Origin: Eukaryota sp. TZLM1-RC
Taxonomy: Eukaryota > Protista > Metamonada: BaSk clade
Length of the DNA: 64,000 bases
Direction: 5' to 3'
Assembly (NCBI GenBank): GCA_040285825.1
Contig: JAUPSS010000013.1
Coordinates: forward strand, 310,001 to 374,000
Shown piece after piece: positions 45,257 to 57,267 of the stretch. The notes below the pieces were generated by a model that was not told the DNA's origin, did no database searches, and saw nothing but the letters and a program-made list of their open reading frames with translations. The position numbers and the translations under genes were made by a program. Each line of letters opens with the position of its first letter. The first letter of the stretch is position 1.

Positions 45257-47398
45257 ATGGCCTCCTCAGACGTAGTTGAACAGTTCACTCTCTTCTTTAG
45301 GTCATTCTTTATAAATGATGTAATATATTATCACGAGCTTTTGGCTGAAATACATCTTGATGCCGACCCGGTTCTTCCTTTGGATGCTCATCATCTTCAA
45401 AGCCATGACAGTTTCCTCTACAAAAACCTTGTCAACTCCCCTGAAACATACTTTCCCCTTCTCAACAAAGCCGCCACATCCGTAGCCCGTGAAATTCTTG
45501 TCAATGACAACGTGACCAACATGGACCCATCCACTCTCTTCATCACAGTCCGTCCTTTCAACCTCTTACCTACTGAATCCCGTAACCTCAAGGACCTCTC
45601 CCCCTCTGACATTGACTCCCTCATCACTCTCACAGGCATGGTTACACGTGTGTCTGCCGTCATACCCGACCCAGTCAGAGCTTTCTTCCAATGCACAGTT
45701 TGCTACCACTCCACCACAGTCGCCCTCACTACTTCTTCCCGCTTTGAACCTCCCAGTTTATGTACGCAGTGTCAGAAGCGTAACACTTTCAGAGTGGTTC
45801 ACAACGCCTCAACTTATGTGGACAAGCAAGTAATTAAACTTCAAGAATCTCCTGATCACGTAGAAGATGGTTCAATCCCAACCACAATTACGTGTATTTT
45901 CTACAAGAATCTTGTTGACTCTGTCCGTCCTGGTGATAGAATCGATCTGACTGGTGTTTATAAGGCAAGGGGAATTAAACCAAGCTCGAAAAAACGAAGT
46001 ACTAGAGTGGTTTTCACCACTTATCTAGAAGGTGTATCTGTCCGCAAACTGGATAAAAGGCTAGGCGAGGACACGTCGTCTTTGTATTCAACGATAGACC
46101 CGAGTGAAAATGAAACTGCAATAACATTTAATGAAGAGGAAATTAACCGGTTTAAAACCATTGCAAGTCGAGATGACGTGATTGATTACTTGGTTTCGTG
46201 TATCGCACCTTCTATTTATGGAAACAATGATGTGAAGGAAGGTCTGTTATGTCAATTAGTAGGGGGCACTTCCAAAGATGTTTCCACCACTAACAGTTCC
46301 CGTCTTCGTGGTGAAGTCAATATATTGTTAGTAGGCGATCCCGGAACAGCCAAATCGCAACTTTTAGACTTTTGCCATCGCCTCTCCCCCCGTGGTCTCT
46401 TCACCTCTGGAAAAGGATCATCTGCTGTTGGTTTGACAGCATACGTCACTAGAGATCCCGACACTGGAGAGACTGTGCTAGAGTCTGGAGCTTTGGTTCT
46501 TTCAGATTTGGGAATTTGTTGCATTGATGAATTTGACAAAATGAATGAAGGCTCCAGGACTATTCTACATGAGGCATTAGAGCAACAGACCATCTCTGTG
46601 GCCAAGAGTGGTATTGTTTGCACACTCAATGCTAGAACTTCTGTTTTGGCTGCTGCAAACCCAATTGAAAGTAAATACAATCACAACCTGTCAGTTGTGG
46701 AAAATATCAACATTCCACCCACTCTTTTATCAAGATTTGATTTAATTTATTTAATTCTAGATGTTCCTAATCGTGAATTAGACACTCTACTAGCTCAGCA
46801 TGTGGTTAGTCTTTATTGTGGAACCAAGGTCGAGAGATCGATTCCCGGTGATGACGTTTTGCCAATAGGTGTATTGAGTAAATACATTGCCTATGTTCGA
46901 TCTACAATGTCCCCAAAGCTCACAGATGAATCCGCCGCATTGCTGACAGAACATTACCTTGACATGAGAGTTGCTGGTAACAACAATAGAACAGTTACAG
47001 CTACTCCAAGGCAGCTTGAGTCACTTATTAGAATATCAGAAGCTTATGCCAAAATTAGAATGAGTGACACTGTTGATCCTAAGGATGTGTCGAGGGCCTT
47101 AGAGTTGGTGCAAAATGCATTGAAGCAGTCAGCAACCAATCCAAAAACAGGATTGATTGATTTGGATAAAATTTTGACTGGAAAATCTGCTCAGGATCGT
47201 GAATTTGATCGAGATCTTGAAGATAAAATCAAAGAATTACTAAACGAAAGAGATTCGTGGAGGTTTCAAGAACTCTTTAGGTCAATTAATGAAAGATTTG
47301 AAGTTGGCGCTAATCATTCACAAGTAGAGACTGTTCTTCGCAATATGGAAGGACACTTGGTATCATGGAATGAAGGGGTAATTCGTAAAGTTGGTTGA
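45257..47398 (+). CDS. MCM4: DNA replication licensing factor MCM4
   Basis: C4 zinc finger, DKQVIKLQE, GDPGTAKSQLL, GKGSSAVGLTAYVTRDP, IDEFDKM, PPTLLSRFDLIYL and TPRQLESLIR. Confidence 0.93.
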   Translation: MASSDVVEQFTLFFRSFFINDVIYYHELLAEIHLDADPVLPLDAHHLQSHDSFLYKNLVNSPETYFPLLNKAATSVAREILVNDNVTNMDPSTLFITVRPFNLLPTESRNLKDLSPSDIDSLITLTGMVTRVSAVIPDPVRAFFQCTVCYHSTTVALTTSSRFEPPSLCTQCQKRNTFRVVHNASTYVDKQVIKLQESPDHVEDGSIPTTITCIFYKNLVDSVRPGDRIDLTGVYKARGIKPSSKKRSTRVVFTTYLEGVSVRKLDKRLGEDTSSLYSTIDPSENETAITFNEEEINRFKTIASRDDVIDYLVSCIAPSIYGNNDVKEGLLCQLVGGTSKDVSTTNSSRLRGEVNILLVGDPGTAKSQLLDFCHRLSPRGLFTSGKGSSAVGLTAYVTRDPDTGETVLESGALVLSDLGICCIDEFDKMNEGSRTILHEALEQQTISVAKSGIVCTLNARTSVLAAANPIESKYNHNLSVVENINIPPTLLSRFDLIYLILDVPNRELDTLLAQHVVSLYCGTKVERSIPGDDVLPIGVLSKYIAYVRSTMSPKLTDESAALLTEHYLDMRVAGNNNRTVTATPRQLESLIRISEAYAKIRMSDTVDPKDVSRALELVQNALKQSATNPKTGLIDLDKILTGKSAQDREFDRDLEDKIKELLNERDSWRFQELFRSINERFEVGANHSQVETVLRNMEGHLVSWNEGVIRKVG

Positions 47399-47525
47399 GG
47401 TTTATTTAATAAAGATTTTGTAATTTTACGTTGTTTAAATGGTAGTTTTTTTCGAGAAGCCTTTATAAGGAATTTTTTGATCAAAAATGACTGGTAAAAA
47501 AATGAAAGAAGGAAAAAAAATTGAA

Positions 47526-47597
47526 TGCGATTGCCAGGAATCGAACCTGGATCACCCCGGCCACAACGGAGAGTACTGACCATTATACTACAATCGC
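47526..47597 (-). tRNA. tRNA-His(GTG), D-loop variant GGTC
   Basis: Full cloverleaf followed by a T8 terminator. Confidence 0.95.
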
Positions 47598-48170
47598 CAC
47601 TCATTGTCACAATTTTGTGTGCCTATAAAAGTGACCGTCCTTTTTATGGAGCGTTTTTTTCTGATCGCTTTTTACTTCCTCTACATAAAACCGTTTAACT
47701 TAAAACCTGGCTGAACTGCGATCATTGTTTCTATTCTTTCATGTTGATGTCTGAATCAGTTCCTGATTCCAATGGAGTCAAAAGAAAGAACGATAGTCAA
47801 CAAGATGTTCAAGAGGTCCTTTCCACCTCTCCTCCTCAACCTCTTCTCTCTTCATTTTTGGACAAAAAAAAACTTCTGATCAAGAATTTTTGGAAAATCA
47901 CGATGAAAACAAAGTTTGTTCAAAAACGAAGCCACGCTCCTACAGATGCTCAAAGTGTCGACAACAAGAACATAATGCTCGAACATGCCCCAATGTTGGA
48001 AAAAATGATGTGACAAATTCTGAAACAAAATGTAAAAGAAAATTTATTAGAAGAAAAGAGTCTAAGGTAGAACCAATAAATGATTTTCCACAAGTTGTTG
48101 CAAAACCAGTTAACAATCGATTCAAGCACAAAACTTGCAACAATTGTGGTATTTCTTTTAGAAAAAATGC
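47598..48170 (+). mobile_element. 5' end of CRE-like family A (UTR plus zinc-finger region)
   Basis: Near-identical to 25578-26150 inverted; truncated by joining to the pogo DDE sequence. Confidence 0.8.
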
Positions 48171-48868
48171 TTCCATGTTCTCATCTACTTTCCTCCAACC
48201 AGCAGTAATCATGTCAAAGGCTTTTTCTTGCAATTTTGCCATTGCAATGAGGACCCAGCCTGAAAATTCATCCTTGACAACACTGGCCCTTACGTCAAGG
48301 ACAACATCTCTAGGTAAGGCACCATTACGCAATTGTTGTAGAGTCTGATCGCAGCAATAGTTTCCAAACAGTTCTTTTAGGATATCCTTGAATGGTTTGT
48401 TGATTGCAATGTCCAAAACTGAGAATAGATCAGTTGCTGATTTAGGTATATAATAAACATCTATACCAATAGCGTTTAAAATACCTCTCACTTCGAAAGT
48501 CCTATGTGACCAATGGTGGTCCATAACCAGAGCTGCTCTGTCACCATAGTCGTATTTATTTTTTTCGTCAATTGAGAGGTTTTCTCTCACTTTATAAACG
48601 TAATTCGCAACAATTTTTCTTACATATTCCTAAATTGTTTTCGCGTTTTGCCATTTTGTGGAGGTCTTATTTTTTTCACTACTTTCACCAGCAAAACAAT
48701 TTAACCAATCATCAGGGAAATCAATGTTGGGCAATGATCTAGGACTTAAACCTTCAAATATTAAAGACCATGCTAAATGATATGACAAAAAAGTTGGGCG
48801 ATATGAAAAAAATCGCCCAATTAATAGGCGCCCAATTTTTTTGGCGTCCAAAATTTTAGGAAACACGG
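48171..48868 (-). mobile_element. pogo/Tc2-like DNA transposon remnant (DDE_1 transposase fragment plus one end)
   Basis: LVMDHHWSH...IPKSATDLFSVLDIAINKPFK. Terminus TA|CCGTGTTTCCTAAAATTTTGGACGCC with repeated TTGGGCG motifs. Confidence 0.85.
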
Positions 48869-48893
48869 TACTTACCATTATACTACAATCGCC
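48868..48893 (-). pseudogene. 5' fragment of tRNA-His cut by the pogo insertion
   Basis: GGCGATTGTAGTATAATGGTAAGTAC is identical to the start of the 35518-35589 gene. Confidence 0.9.
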
Positions 48894-49299
48894 AACATTT
48901 TTTGAGGTGAAGAATAATTATCTTATTCACATGTAGTTTGCTTTCTAACTAAACATTGACAAAAAAATTAAAGCAATGCATGTTTATTCTGGTCAATTTT
49001 CAATGTATTCCTTCAAACACTATTAAAAACACTATTAAAAAAACACTATTAAACACTATTAAAAAGAATGGCAAGTGAAAAGTTGGGTCCACTCTCAGTT
49101 CTCAACCTCATTCCAGTGTTCAAAAGACTACTATGTTTCAACCCCTTGACACACCGTAATAATAAAACAGTCACCCAAGATGAAAGAAGTTGCAGCTGAA
49201 TTGTGTGGTACATGAATATATTAATTTTATGATAAAGCTATCAAAACAACTGTTTGGGAATATATTAATTTATTTTTTTTAAAACTGGAATATTGATTG

Positions 49300-49760
49300 A
49301 GACAAAAAACACCCATCTAGAATTCAATATCCTCCAAACAAGCGTCACTATTACTGAACCTACTCACAGCGTTACGTTCATATTCTACACCAATAGCTAA
49401 AAGTGCCTTTGAAATCATTGTTGGAATAGACTTGAAAATGCAAAAAACAATTCTATTTATCCAGAAAGTGGAGTTCATTGTTTTACCAGACTTATTCAGT
49501 AACACTTTTTTAAAATTTTCAAAAAAGTGCAACCCTGAAGGTCCAATATTGCCAAAAAAAGAAATCGCAAACGGCACAAACTAATATTTCACATGTTCCA
49601 CTCTACCTAACTGTGCCACAGGTTCTTCATATTTTTTTATCTTCTTTTTTTCGGCGTTAGATAACGGCGAATCAGCGGAAAACACTAAACGAGCAGCAGA
49701 ATTTTGCAAACATCAGCTGAGACAACGTCTACAACATTGAGAACACCATCGAGCCTCGTG
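49300..49760 (-). mobile_element. 3' fragment of a family B-related CRE-like element
   Basis: PFAISFFGNIG...NRIVF.IFK...DACLEDIEF resembles 22372-23076. Confidence 0.85.
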
Positions 49761-49762
49761 CT

Positions 49763-52700
49763 ATGTTGATAGCAACCCAAATATTTGGTGAAGGAAAGAC
49801 CCAGATTAACCCTGAGTTGTTATCATCACTCCCATCTCACATCAGAAAAGAAATAGACAGGGACATGAAACAGCCACTCCTAAGGATCGACCCAGAACTG
49901 ACGAAACGTTTGGGACCTCCTATCCATCATTATGACTTATTTAGAAGTATGATGATTAGTACTCGTCCATCCGGCTTATCAAGCATGGTCGACCCCCATC
50001 TCATCTCTACATGACAAGGCCAAGGACTTCTAAGACCGGACTTCTTAGACGCTGACCTAATGGTCTTTCTGCTACGCAGGACACAATTTACCTCATATCA
50101 CGAGGCTTGCTCTGCCCTAGCAAAACCATGTATAAATTGGAGAAACATCCACAACAAAGTAGATGGGGAGAACGAATTTGGTAGGTTCGTCGAAGATTTT
50201 GGAGACGTCCTGAGGATGACCACTTATATGGTTGATCACTCCATATCTGCATCAATTAGGGGAAGCAGCAGTTTAATAACCCTCTCAACCGCCCTTATTG
50301 CAGAATATTTTCTCTTGGGTATAGATAATTTTGCCATTACCAAGGAACTGGCAAGCCATTGGACAAGAGAAGATCTATGGGACCCTTCAACAGGTACAAC
50401 TTTGTTAGACCTGATTTCGACCACCAGGAGACACTTTTTAGCTTGGTGCCAAACAACAGGAAATAGGCACACCATGGGACTTTTGAGAAAACAAGCTGAA
50501 AGAGAAGAAGACATCCCATTAGGCCTTTCGACCATGAGAACGTTCTCTAGAGGAGAAACCCCATCTGGTCCAGGTGCTAAACGTCGCTCGGGAGGCGGGT
50601 CCAAAGGAACTCCCCAAAACAAATATGTCCCAAAAAGACATGAACGAAAGGGATCTAAGTTCTGTACATTCTGTAACGTCACCGAAGGAAATAATCCTAT
50701 CGGTCACACGGTTTTCGAATGCAAAGACCCCCGTTGTACCAGGAGCAAGGTACCAAAAGAATTGAGGTTTAAGATCGGCGAGGCTGATCAGCCTGCGAGA
50801 AGTGGCAGCGTAGTTAGAGGCCGAGGTGGCCGTGGTAGACGTGTCTCTAGGTTCAGAGGTAGGGGCCGAGGTGGCCATTTTAGGGGACATAAAGGTAGAG
50901 GTCAGTATAGACCTATTTATTACATAAATACACAAGAGGATACATCATCAACATCATCCCCTTCTGAGAACGTGTCAGCTAGTTCGAGCATGACCTCTCA
51001 CAGACGGATTGACTGTTTCAGCAACAGGGTCAGAAATACAGGAAACTTTCCCAATCGGAAACAAATCAACGCAATCAATCATAATCAATCAATTGCCGAT
51101 TTCGGAAACCCAGTTAACAACTCCAACAGCTCAACAATTCTTACTAAATCCTCTACAATTCCACAAACCCAGCTCTGATATCAATAGTATTTTTGGTATA
51201 AATTCTACGGTTAATGAGAACCACAACAGATCCCAGCGTTCTCCATTTCTAAGTTTGGAAATTTTAATAAATAACATAAAAATGATTGCAACTATTGATT
51301 CGGCAGCGTTTTGTTCGGTTATAACAGAAGATTTGGCTAACAAATGCATTATGTCAATTAATAGAGACGATACAATTGAGTTCATGCCAGCCAATAACGT
51401 ATCAAGTAAATCGCTAGGGAGTGCAAATGGTATTCTGTCGTTCAACGTAGGAAGCATTGCGCACCAAGTACATTATAGACATACTCTTTCCATAATCCCG
51501 GGTTCGAACAAATTATTAATAGGGATATACATGTTAAAAACACTTGGGCTTCAGACGGATGATGGTCTTTTCATTAGATTAGACAAAGAACACCGCACTT
51601 TGTTAAATGCAGAATCTGAATTCGACTCAAGAATTGCTCAACATTCGATTGGGACCTTAGATAACCAATCATCGAGTCCTTCCGATTTTGAGGAGCAGTT
51701 ACCTAGATCTGGTTGTGAGATAAAATTAGATGATGATAATAATAAATTAAAATTAACGAGTCTACTAAGAATTTTCAGCGATGTTTTTAGTGAAACTCCA
51801 AACAGAAAAGGAATCGATTGTAAACCTCTAACAATCCCCTTCAAAGACGAGAATGCTATAGTACATAAACCTGCTAGACAAATAAATCCCAGCAAAATGG
51901 AAATAGCAAACAAAATATTTGATGAACTGATTGAAATGGGCTCTGCAGTTGAATCTAATTATAAATTCAGCTCTCCTATTGTCTTAGTTATATATCCTGA
52001 CGGCAAGAAACCCATGTTAACTGGAGACTTTAGTGGTAAAGATGGAGTCAATGCCCACACAATTTCAGTAGAGCCTAATCTATTTAGGATTAGTGATATT
52101 TTAGAATTTTTAAGTAGAGCAGATTACATAGCCACGCTTGATTTACCAAAAGCTTTCTGGCAGATGAATGTAGCTGAGAAGGACATTGAGAATACATCAA
52201 TCTCAAGCCCTGGAAGGTCAATTATGTTTAAAAGAGCTTGCTTCGGATTAAAGAACATCCCAGCAGTTTTTCAAAATGTAATGATGGAAATATTCCAAAT
52301 TGATGGCGTTTTTATATATATTGATAATATCATAATAGTTGGAACGACTTTCGATGCATTCTATAAGAGATTACAAAGAGTCCTCCAATGCGCCAGAAAT
52401 AGACGTGTAAATATAGGTTTACGTAAATGTAAATTCGTAACATCCAAACACCCTATTGATATTTTAGGAAGCACCTTCCAGGACAAAACTAGATTTATTA
52501 GCAAAAAAAAGATTGAAGCGTTGATGAGAATCCCTGGACCAAAATCAGTGAAAAAAGTTCGCTCATTGGTAGGATCCATCAATTTTATAAGAGATTGGCT
52601 TCCAGGTATTTCCGAATTAATAGCTCCAATTAATGAGTTATCTAAAGGAAAACCTAGAGTAATAAAATGGATCAACGAGCATGACGATTATTTTAAACAA

Positions 52701-55037
52701 ATAAAAGATTTAATAATTAATCACATGCCCCTTGAATTACCAGCTCCGGGCAAGCGTGTACTAATAAGTACCGACGCATCAGATGTAGCAGTTGGAGGCG
52801 TTATTTGGCAAGAAATTGAACCATACTCCCCTGCAGGAACCCCGCTGAATAAAAGAAAAGTGAAACCTTTGTCGTTCTATAGTAGATTACTTACAGAAAC
52901 ACAAAGAAAATGGTCCACTTTACAGAAAGAATTATATGCAATTCTTCTGATTTTAACTGAAAGTTGTTTGAAAGCTACCTTTTGACTAGACATCTAACAA
53001 TTTTCACCGATCACAAAAATATTGCATTCCTGGCCACAGCCCCAGAGAAAAATAGAATTGTAAAGAGATGGCTGCCGATACTATCTGAATTCGACTTTGA
53101 TATAGTCCATGAACCAGGTGAAGATAACCATTGGGTAGATATGCTATCGAGGAATATTGATTTCGATCAAAATGAGGAAACTCCTTCTATATGTAGTATA
53201 AATATACCAGATACTTTACTTTCGAATTACGAGGTACTTCCACTAGACGATAATTCTGATTCGGACTTCGAAGACATCCCATCAATTTCATCCCAAAGTA
53301 GACACCAGGACTTACCTATTTTTTCTTCTTGGTTCTCTAAAATAAGATCTGAACAACAAATAGCCAAAAATAATAATGACCTTCTATTTGAGAATGCAAT
53401 TCTAGATGAAAATACTCAAATTTGGAAAAACAATAAAAATAAAATTTTAATTCCAAAAAGCCTCAGAAAACAGGCACTATTATTAATTCATGGATTGGTT
53501 CAATCAGGTCACCCCAGCAAAAACGACAGTCTACATAAACTGTCCAAAAGCGACTTTTTCTGGCCTAATATGAGAAAGGATCTTATTAATCATGTCAAAA
53601 GATGCCCAACTTGTCAAAAAACGGCACCAGTTAAATGAATAAATACACCTTCCACAGGTTTCTTTTGGGCAGATCGTCCTTTTGCTAGATTACATGTCGA
53701 CACAATTGGACCTCTGAATACTGATAGTGATGGTAATAAATACTTATTAGTATTTGTAGATTCTTTTACTGGATATTCAATTTTAGTCCCTCTAAAGGAA
53801 CTCAATGCCTTAGAGACCGCAGACGTTTTAAATTGGAACGTTTGCGCAATTTTTGGCATACCTATGTTAATTCATAGTGATAATGGTCCTGAGTTCGCCA
53901 ATGAGACTTTTAAGATAGTGTGTAATAGATTAGCTATTGAGATGAGTAACTCAATACCCCACTACTCTGAAAGTAATGGACTCGTAGAACGAAAACATAG
54001 AGTCGTTCTACAATGCTTGAGGAAATTATTAATAGATTTTAATGATTATGGAAATTGGTCTACTTATGTACCCATATCCCAACTATTAATAAATTCCACT
54101 AAAAGCAGAAAGACAGGTTTTACACCTTACGAACTAATGTTCGGATCTTCGATTAGTCCAAGATCGGACCCTGCAAACATATTTGGAAACTTATCAAAAT
54201 TTGATTCAAATATACCTTTATTAGACGATATTAAAATGAAAAATACTCGTCTGCAAGAAAAAGGGAAGAAGCAGAACGTCATCAATTATCAAAAACTCCG
54301 ATTTCAGTAGACAATACTAATTCGCGCTCTATAGTATTTAATATTGGTGACTATGTCCTACGTAAAACCAAACAGAATAATAAATTACATGGATCTTGGA
54401 ACGGACCCTTTTTAGTAATAGACCATCCTTCCAACTCTACTTTATTATTAAAGAATCTTATCACTGGCAGTGAATTAAAGGCTGCTAAGAAAGATTGTAA
54501 AATCTATAACGCAGATAATCCTCAGGATATCGAAATCCTTAAGGCAGTCGCAGCAGGCGATGCTGAGAAACATGTTATAGAGAAAATCCTCTCAGAATAT
54601 AATTCTGACTCAGGTAGTTTCTGTACTGTTCAATGGTTTGGCGGTGAGACAACAGAAGAGCCTCTCCATTCAGTCAAACATTCAGAAGCTTACAAGTTGT
54701 TCAGTAAGAATAACAAGAAAATTGGAAAACGTACCTCTAGTCAACGTAAGAGTACCTCCAATAGCTCTACGCCTTGCAAGAGGCCTAGACGCAGTACTAG
54801 AATTAGGAAATGATGTTAATTCTCAGTTTAGATCAGGTTATTTGTAGTTATTTAGTTATTTGTTTATAGTTTAGATTCATATTTATATAAGCCTATTAGC
54901 TCTGAAAAAGGGAAGAAGCAGTGTTGGTGCCCTAAGGCTTTTATAATATGAATAGAAAATAAATTATCTTTATCTCAACCACTTTTGCAACCTAAGGCAA
55001 CAGCTAGAGCAATCTGGGCTGACTTTCTACAACAACA
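49763..55037 (+). mobile_element. Ty3/Gypsy LTR retrotransposon with chromodomain; decayed, 5' LTR missing
   Basis: gag 49763-51000, protease IDSAA, RT LDLPKAFWQ / YIDNI, RNase H TDASD, integrase HHCC and HSDNGPEF, chromodomain-like VIEKIL...VQWFGG near 54570-54700, PPT AAAAAGGGAAGAAG, and 3' LTR TGTTG...CAACA at 54922-55037. Confidence 0.93.
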
Positions 55038-55245
55038 TGTTAAGACATGATTGTAAATGATGTGTAATTTATTACGAATAGGAATCCAATTCTCTGTGAT
55101 AATGAGCGGAAACTAAATAAACTGTAATACTTAAGCTATTATTACTATTCAAGACTAACGAATATATAGCATTTTAACTTTGTCGTATACCTTTGTATTG
55201 AAATCATACTTGTTGATCACAACACCTGACCAAATGTGGTCACAC

Positions 55246-55835
55246 TAGAGTTGCACAAACTACGTATTCAGCTCCAGAATACGTAACAGACTTTCTATTT
55301 CCATAAACTACAACTTACTAAATAATAATATATAATAATAAACATACAACTACAACTACCACTATATTCCCTATGTCCACTCTATCAACACTTACAAGAA
55401 GATGGTTGACACTCAAAGGAGTGTCCTACCATCCTAAGTTCACTTGCAAGCCGACTTGTACCTCTTGTTGTTGTTTCTTCCAGAAAGAAACTGGAGTACA
55501 TTTGGTTTTATTCACAACAAACTCAGAAATAGACTGAATCATCAAAGAGCAAACGATTTAGTTTATGTTCATAGTAATATTTGCTGGTTGAGGAAGATGA
55601 ACGACAAAGAAATCTGTCACACAGTCAATGATTGACGGTAAGCAAGAGTCAAAATATTGATTGAAGCTGTAACAAAGCCTTGTTTCAGTGCTCTTATAGA
55701 TTTATGGTCATAAAGTTCGTTTTATTTGTACATGAATGTCGAGATTAGAGTCTGTGCCCAGAATTGAAGCAATGTGTTTGTTACGGTTGGATCTCAGAAT
55801 ACGTATCAGTTACGGTTACGTATCGTGAAACCCTA
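55246..55835 (+). mobile_element. Non-autonomous hAT deletion derivative
   Basis: Imperfect TIRs TAGAGTTGCAC / TAGGGTTTCAC, 8-bp TSD GGTCACAC/GATCACAC, subterminal TACGTA repeats, and hAT dimerization fragment ERNWSTFGFIH.KLRNRL...LVYVHSN. Confidence 0.9.
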
Positions 55836-56497
55836 GATCACACTTGTAGTGTTAAATTTGGTAAACAATTTCACTAGCATATAATTATTAAGGATTCGAC
55901 TGACAATACAAAACTAAACTCAAGACCATCCTCTGAAGACTTTATCAACTTCATTGATGCTTGACCAATCCAAATTGATTTCTTCTTCTAGAATATCTTC
56001 GTTTTAAACGACTTCACCCAGATCTGAGCGATGATTTCATCGGGAGATGCAGAATTTAGTGGAGAGCTACAAGCGGAAGAAAAAGACATTGTGGTTGCTT
56101 ATAACCGAAGTTGTGTTATGTACTTCAACTTCTTGTCTATTTTCTACGATAAACAGTTTTTATTAAAAACATACGTTGGGTGTTGTGCACTTTAATAAAG
56201 CATTATGAACGACGACAGGAGTTTATCAATGCGAACATGTAAAATCAAAGGATAAAAGTACAATAATCTAATTGGATAAATAACACGTCATCACTAAACC
56301 AAATATCTGAATGTGGCCATAAGCCAACATATAAGATAATGTCTAATACAAGATTTTTCTATATCAAACAATTTATAATTTAGTGTTCTTGTGGAAATAT
56401 ATCAGTAAATTAAACAAAGTGTGACCAGATGTGATTGTGTCCATCATGTATGATTGAAATAATTCATTCACAAAAAAATTTTCTGTTCATAATTTCA

Positions 56498-56956
56498 ATG
56501 ATGAATAATCAATCCATCAATGTCTCTCAACAATCAGAAGGATTACTGTTGTCACGTTTTGTCTTTTTCCTCAAGTACCTCATCAGTGATGAAGATCTCG
56601 GACAGAAGTGGCCTGACTTACATCGCAAGTTGCGACGCTTTCAAAACAATCTTAACAAGACCCCAGCGAAACTGATGGAGGAAATGGAATGTTCTCTTCG
56701 TACAGAAAACCCTTCGGTTAAGATCCACTGTTATTCACCTGCTGCTCACACTGGGCATATTGTCTTCACCTTTCCGTTGTCTTCTCAGAACAACGAATTG
56801 TTGAGTCTTCTTCGTTATCTTAACAACACATATTCCAACAGTTCAGCTTCTAAGTTTTTGATAAAAATGGGCCCTTGGAAGAATCCTGTTTTTGATTGTA
56901 CGTTTGCTTTCACTACTCCATGGTTCCACTATGAGCCCATTATTCCCACTTATTAA
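56498..56956 (+). CDS. Hypothetical protein
   Basis: Open frame with coding-like composition; no recognisable motif. Start taken at MMNNQ. Confidence 0.45.
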   Translation: MMNNQSINVSQQSEGLLLSRFVFFLKYLISDEDLGQKWPDLHRKLRRFQNNLNKTPAKLMEEMECSLRTENPSVKIHCYSPAAHTGHIVFTFPLSSQNNELLSLLRYLNNTYSNSSASKFLIKMGPWKNPVFDCTFAFTTPWFHYEPIIPTY

Positions 56957-57267
56957 TCCTAATACTTAAGCCTCATCCTTTTTCCACATAAATAAAAAGA
57001 CTGGAAATTATGAAGCTTTGAAGGGTCCAAACTCAGTCAATGAATTATTCTTATCTCAAATGCACGGAGGTAAAAATCCTCAACGAACAATTAGAGTAGA
57101 TAATAAGAGTAACAAAGTTATTCTTGGAGAGCAAGAATATTAATCTTTTTTTCCTTATTAAATTGAATAAAATAAGTTGGCCATTCAATCAAATTTTGAT
57201 TTAAAAGAGTAAAGAATTTTAATTGTTCCCGCGTTCAAAAGCTCTGCTATCGGAAAGTTCGAACCTC

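Noticed and set aside
47612-47645. Second pogo TIR upstream of tRNA-His
   Set aside because: Similarity to CCGTGTTTCCTAAAA is weak, there is no TA junction, and the segment aligns better with the tRNA flank at 35590-35640.
49015-49065. AAACACTATT x4 as a telomeric or functional repeat
   Set aside because: Short, irregular slippage repeat with no supporting context.
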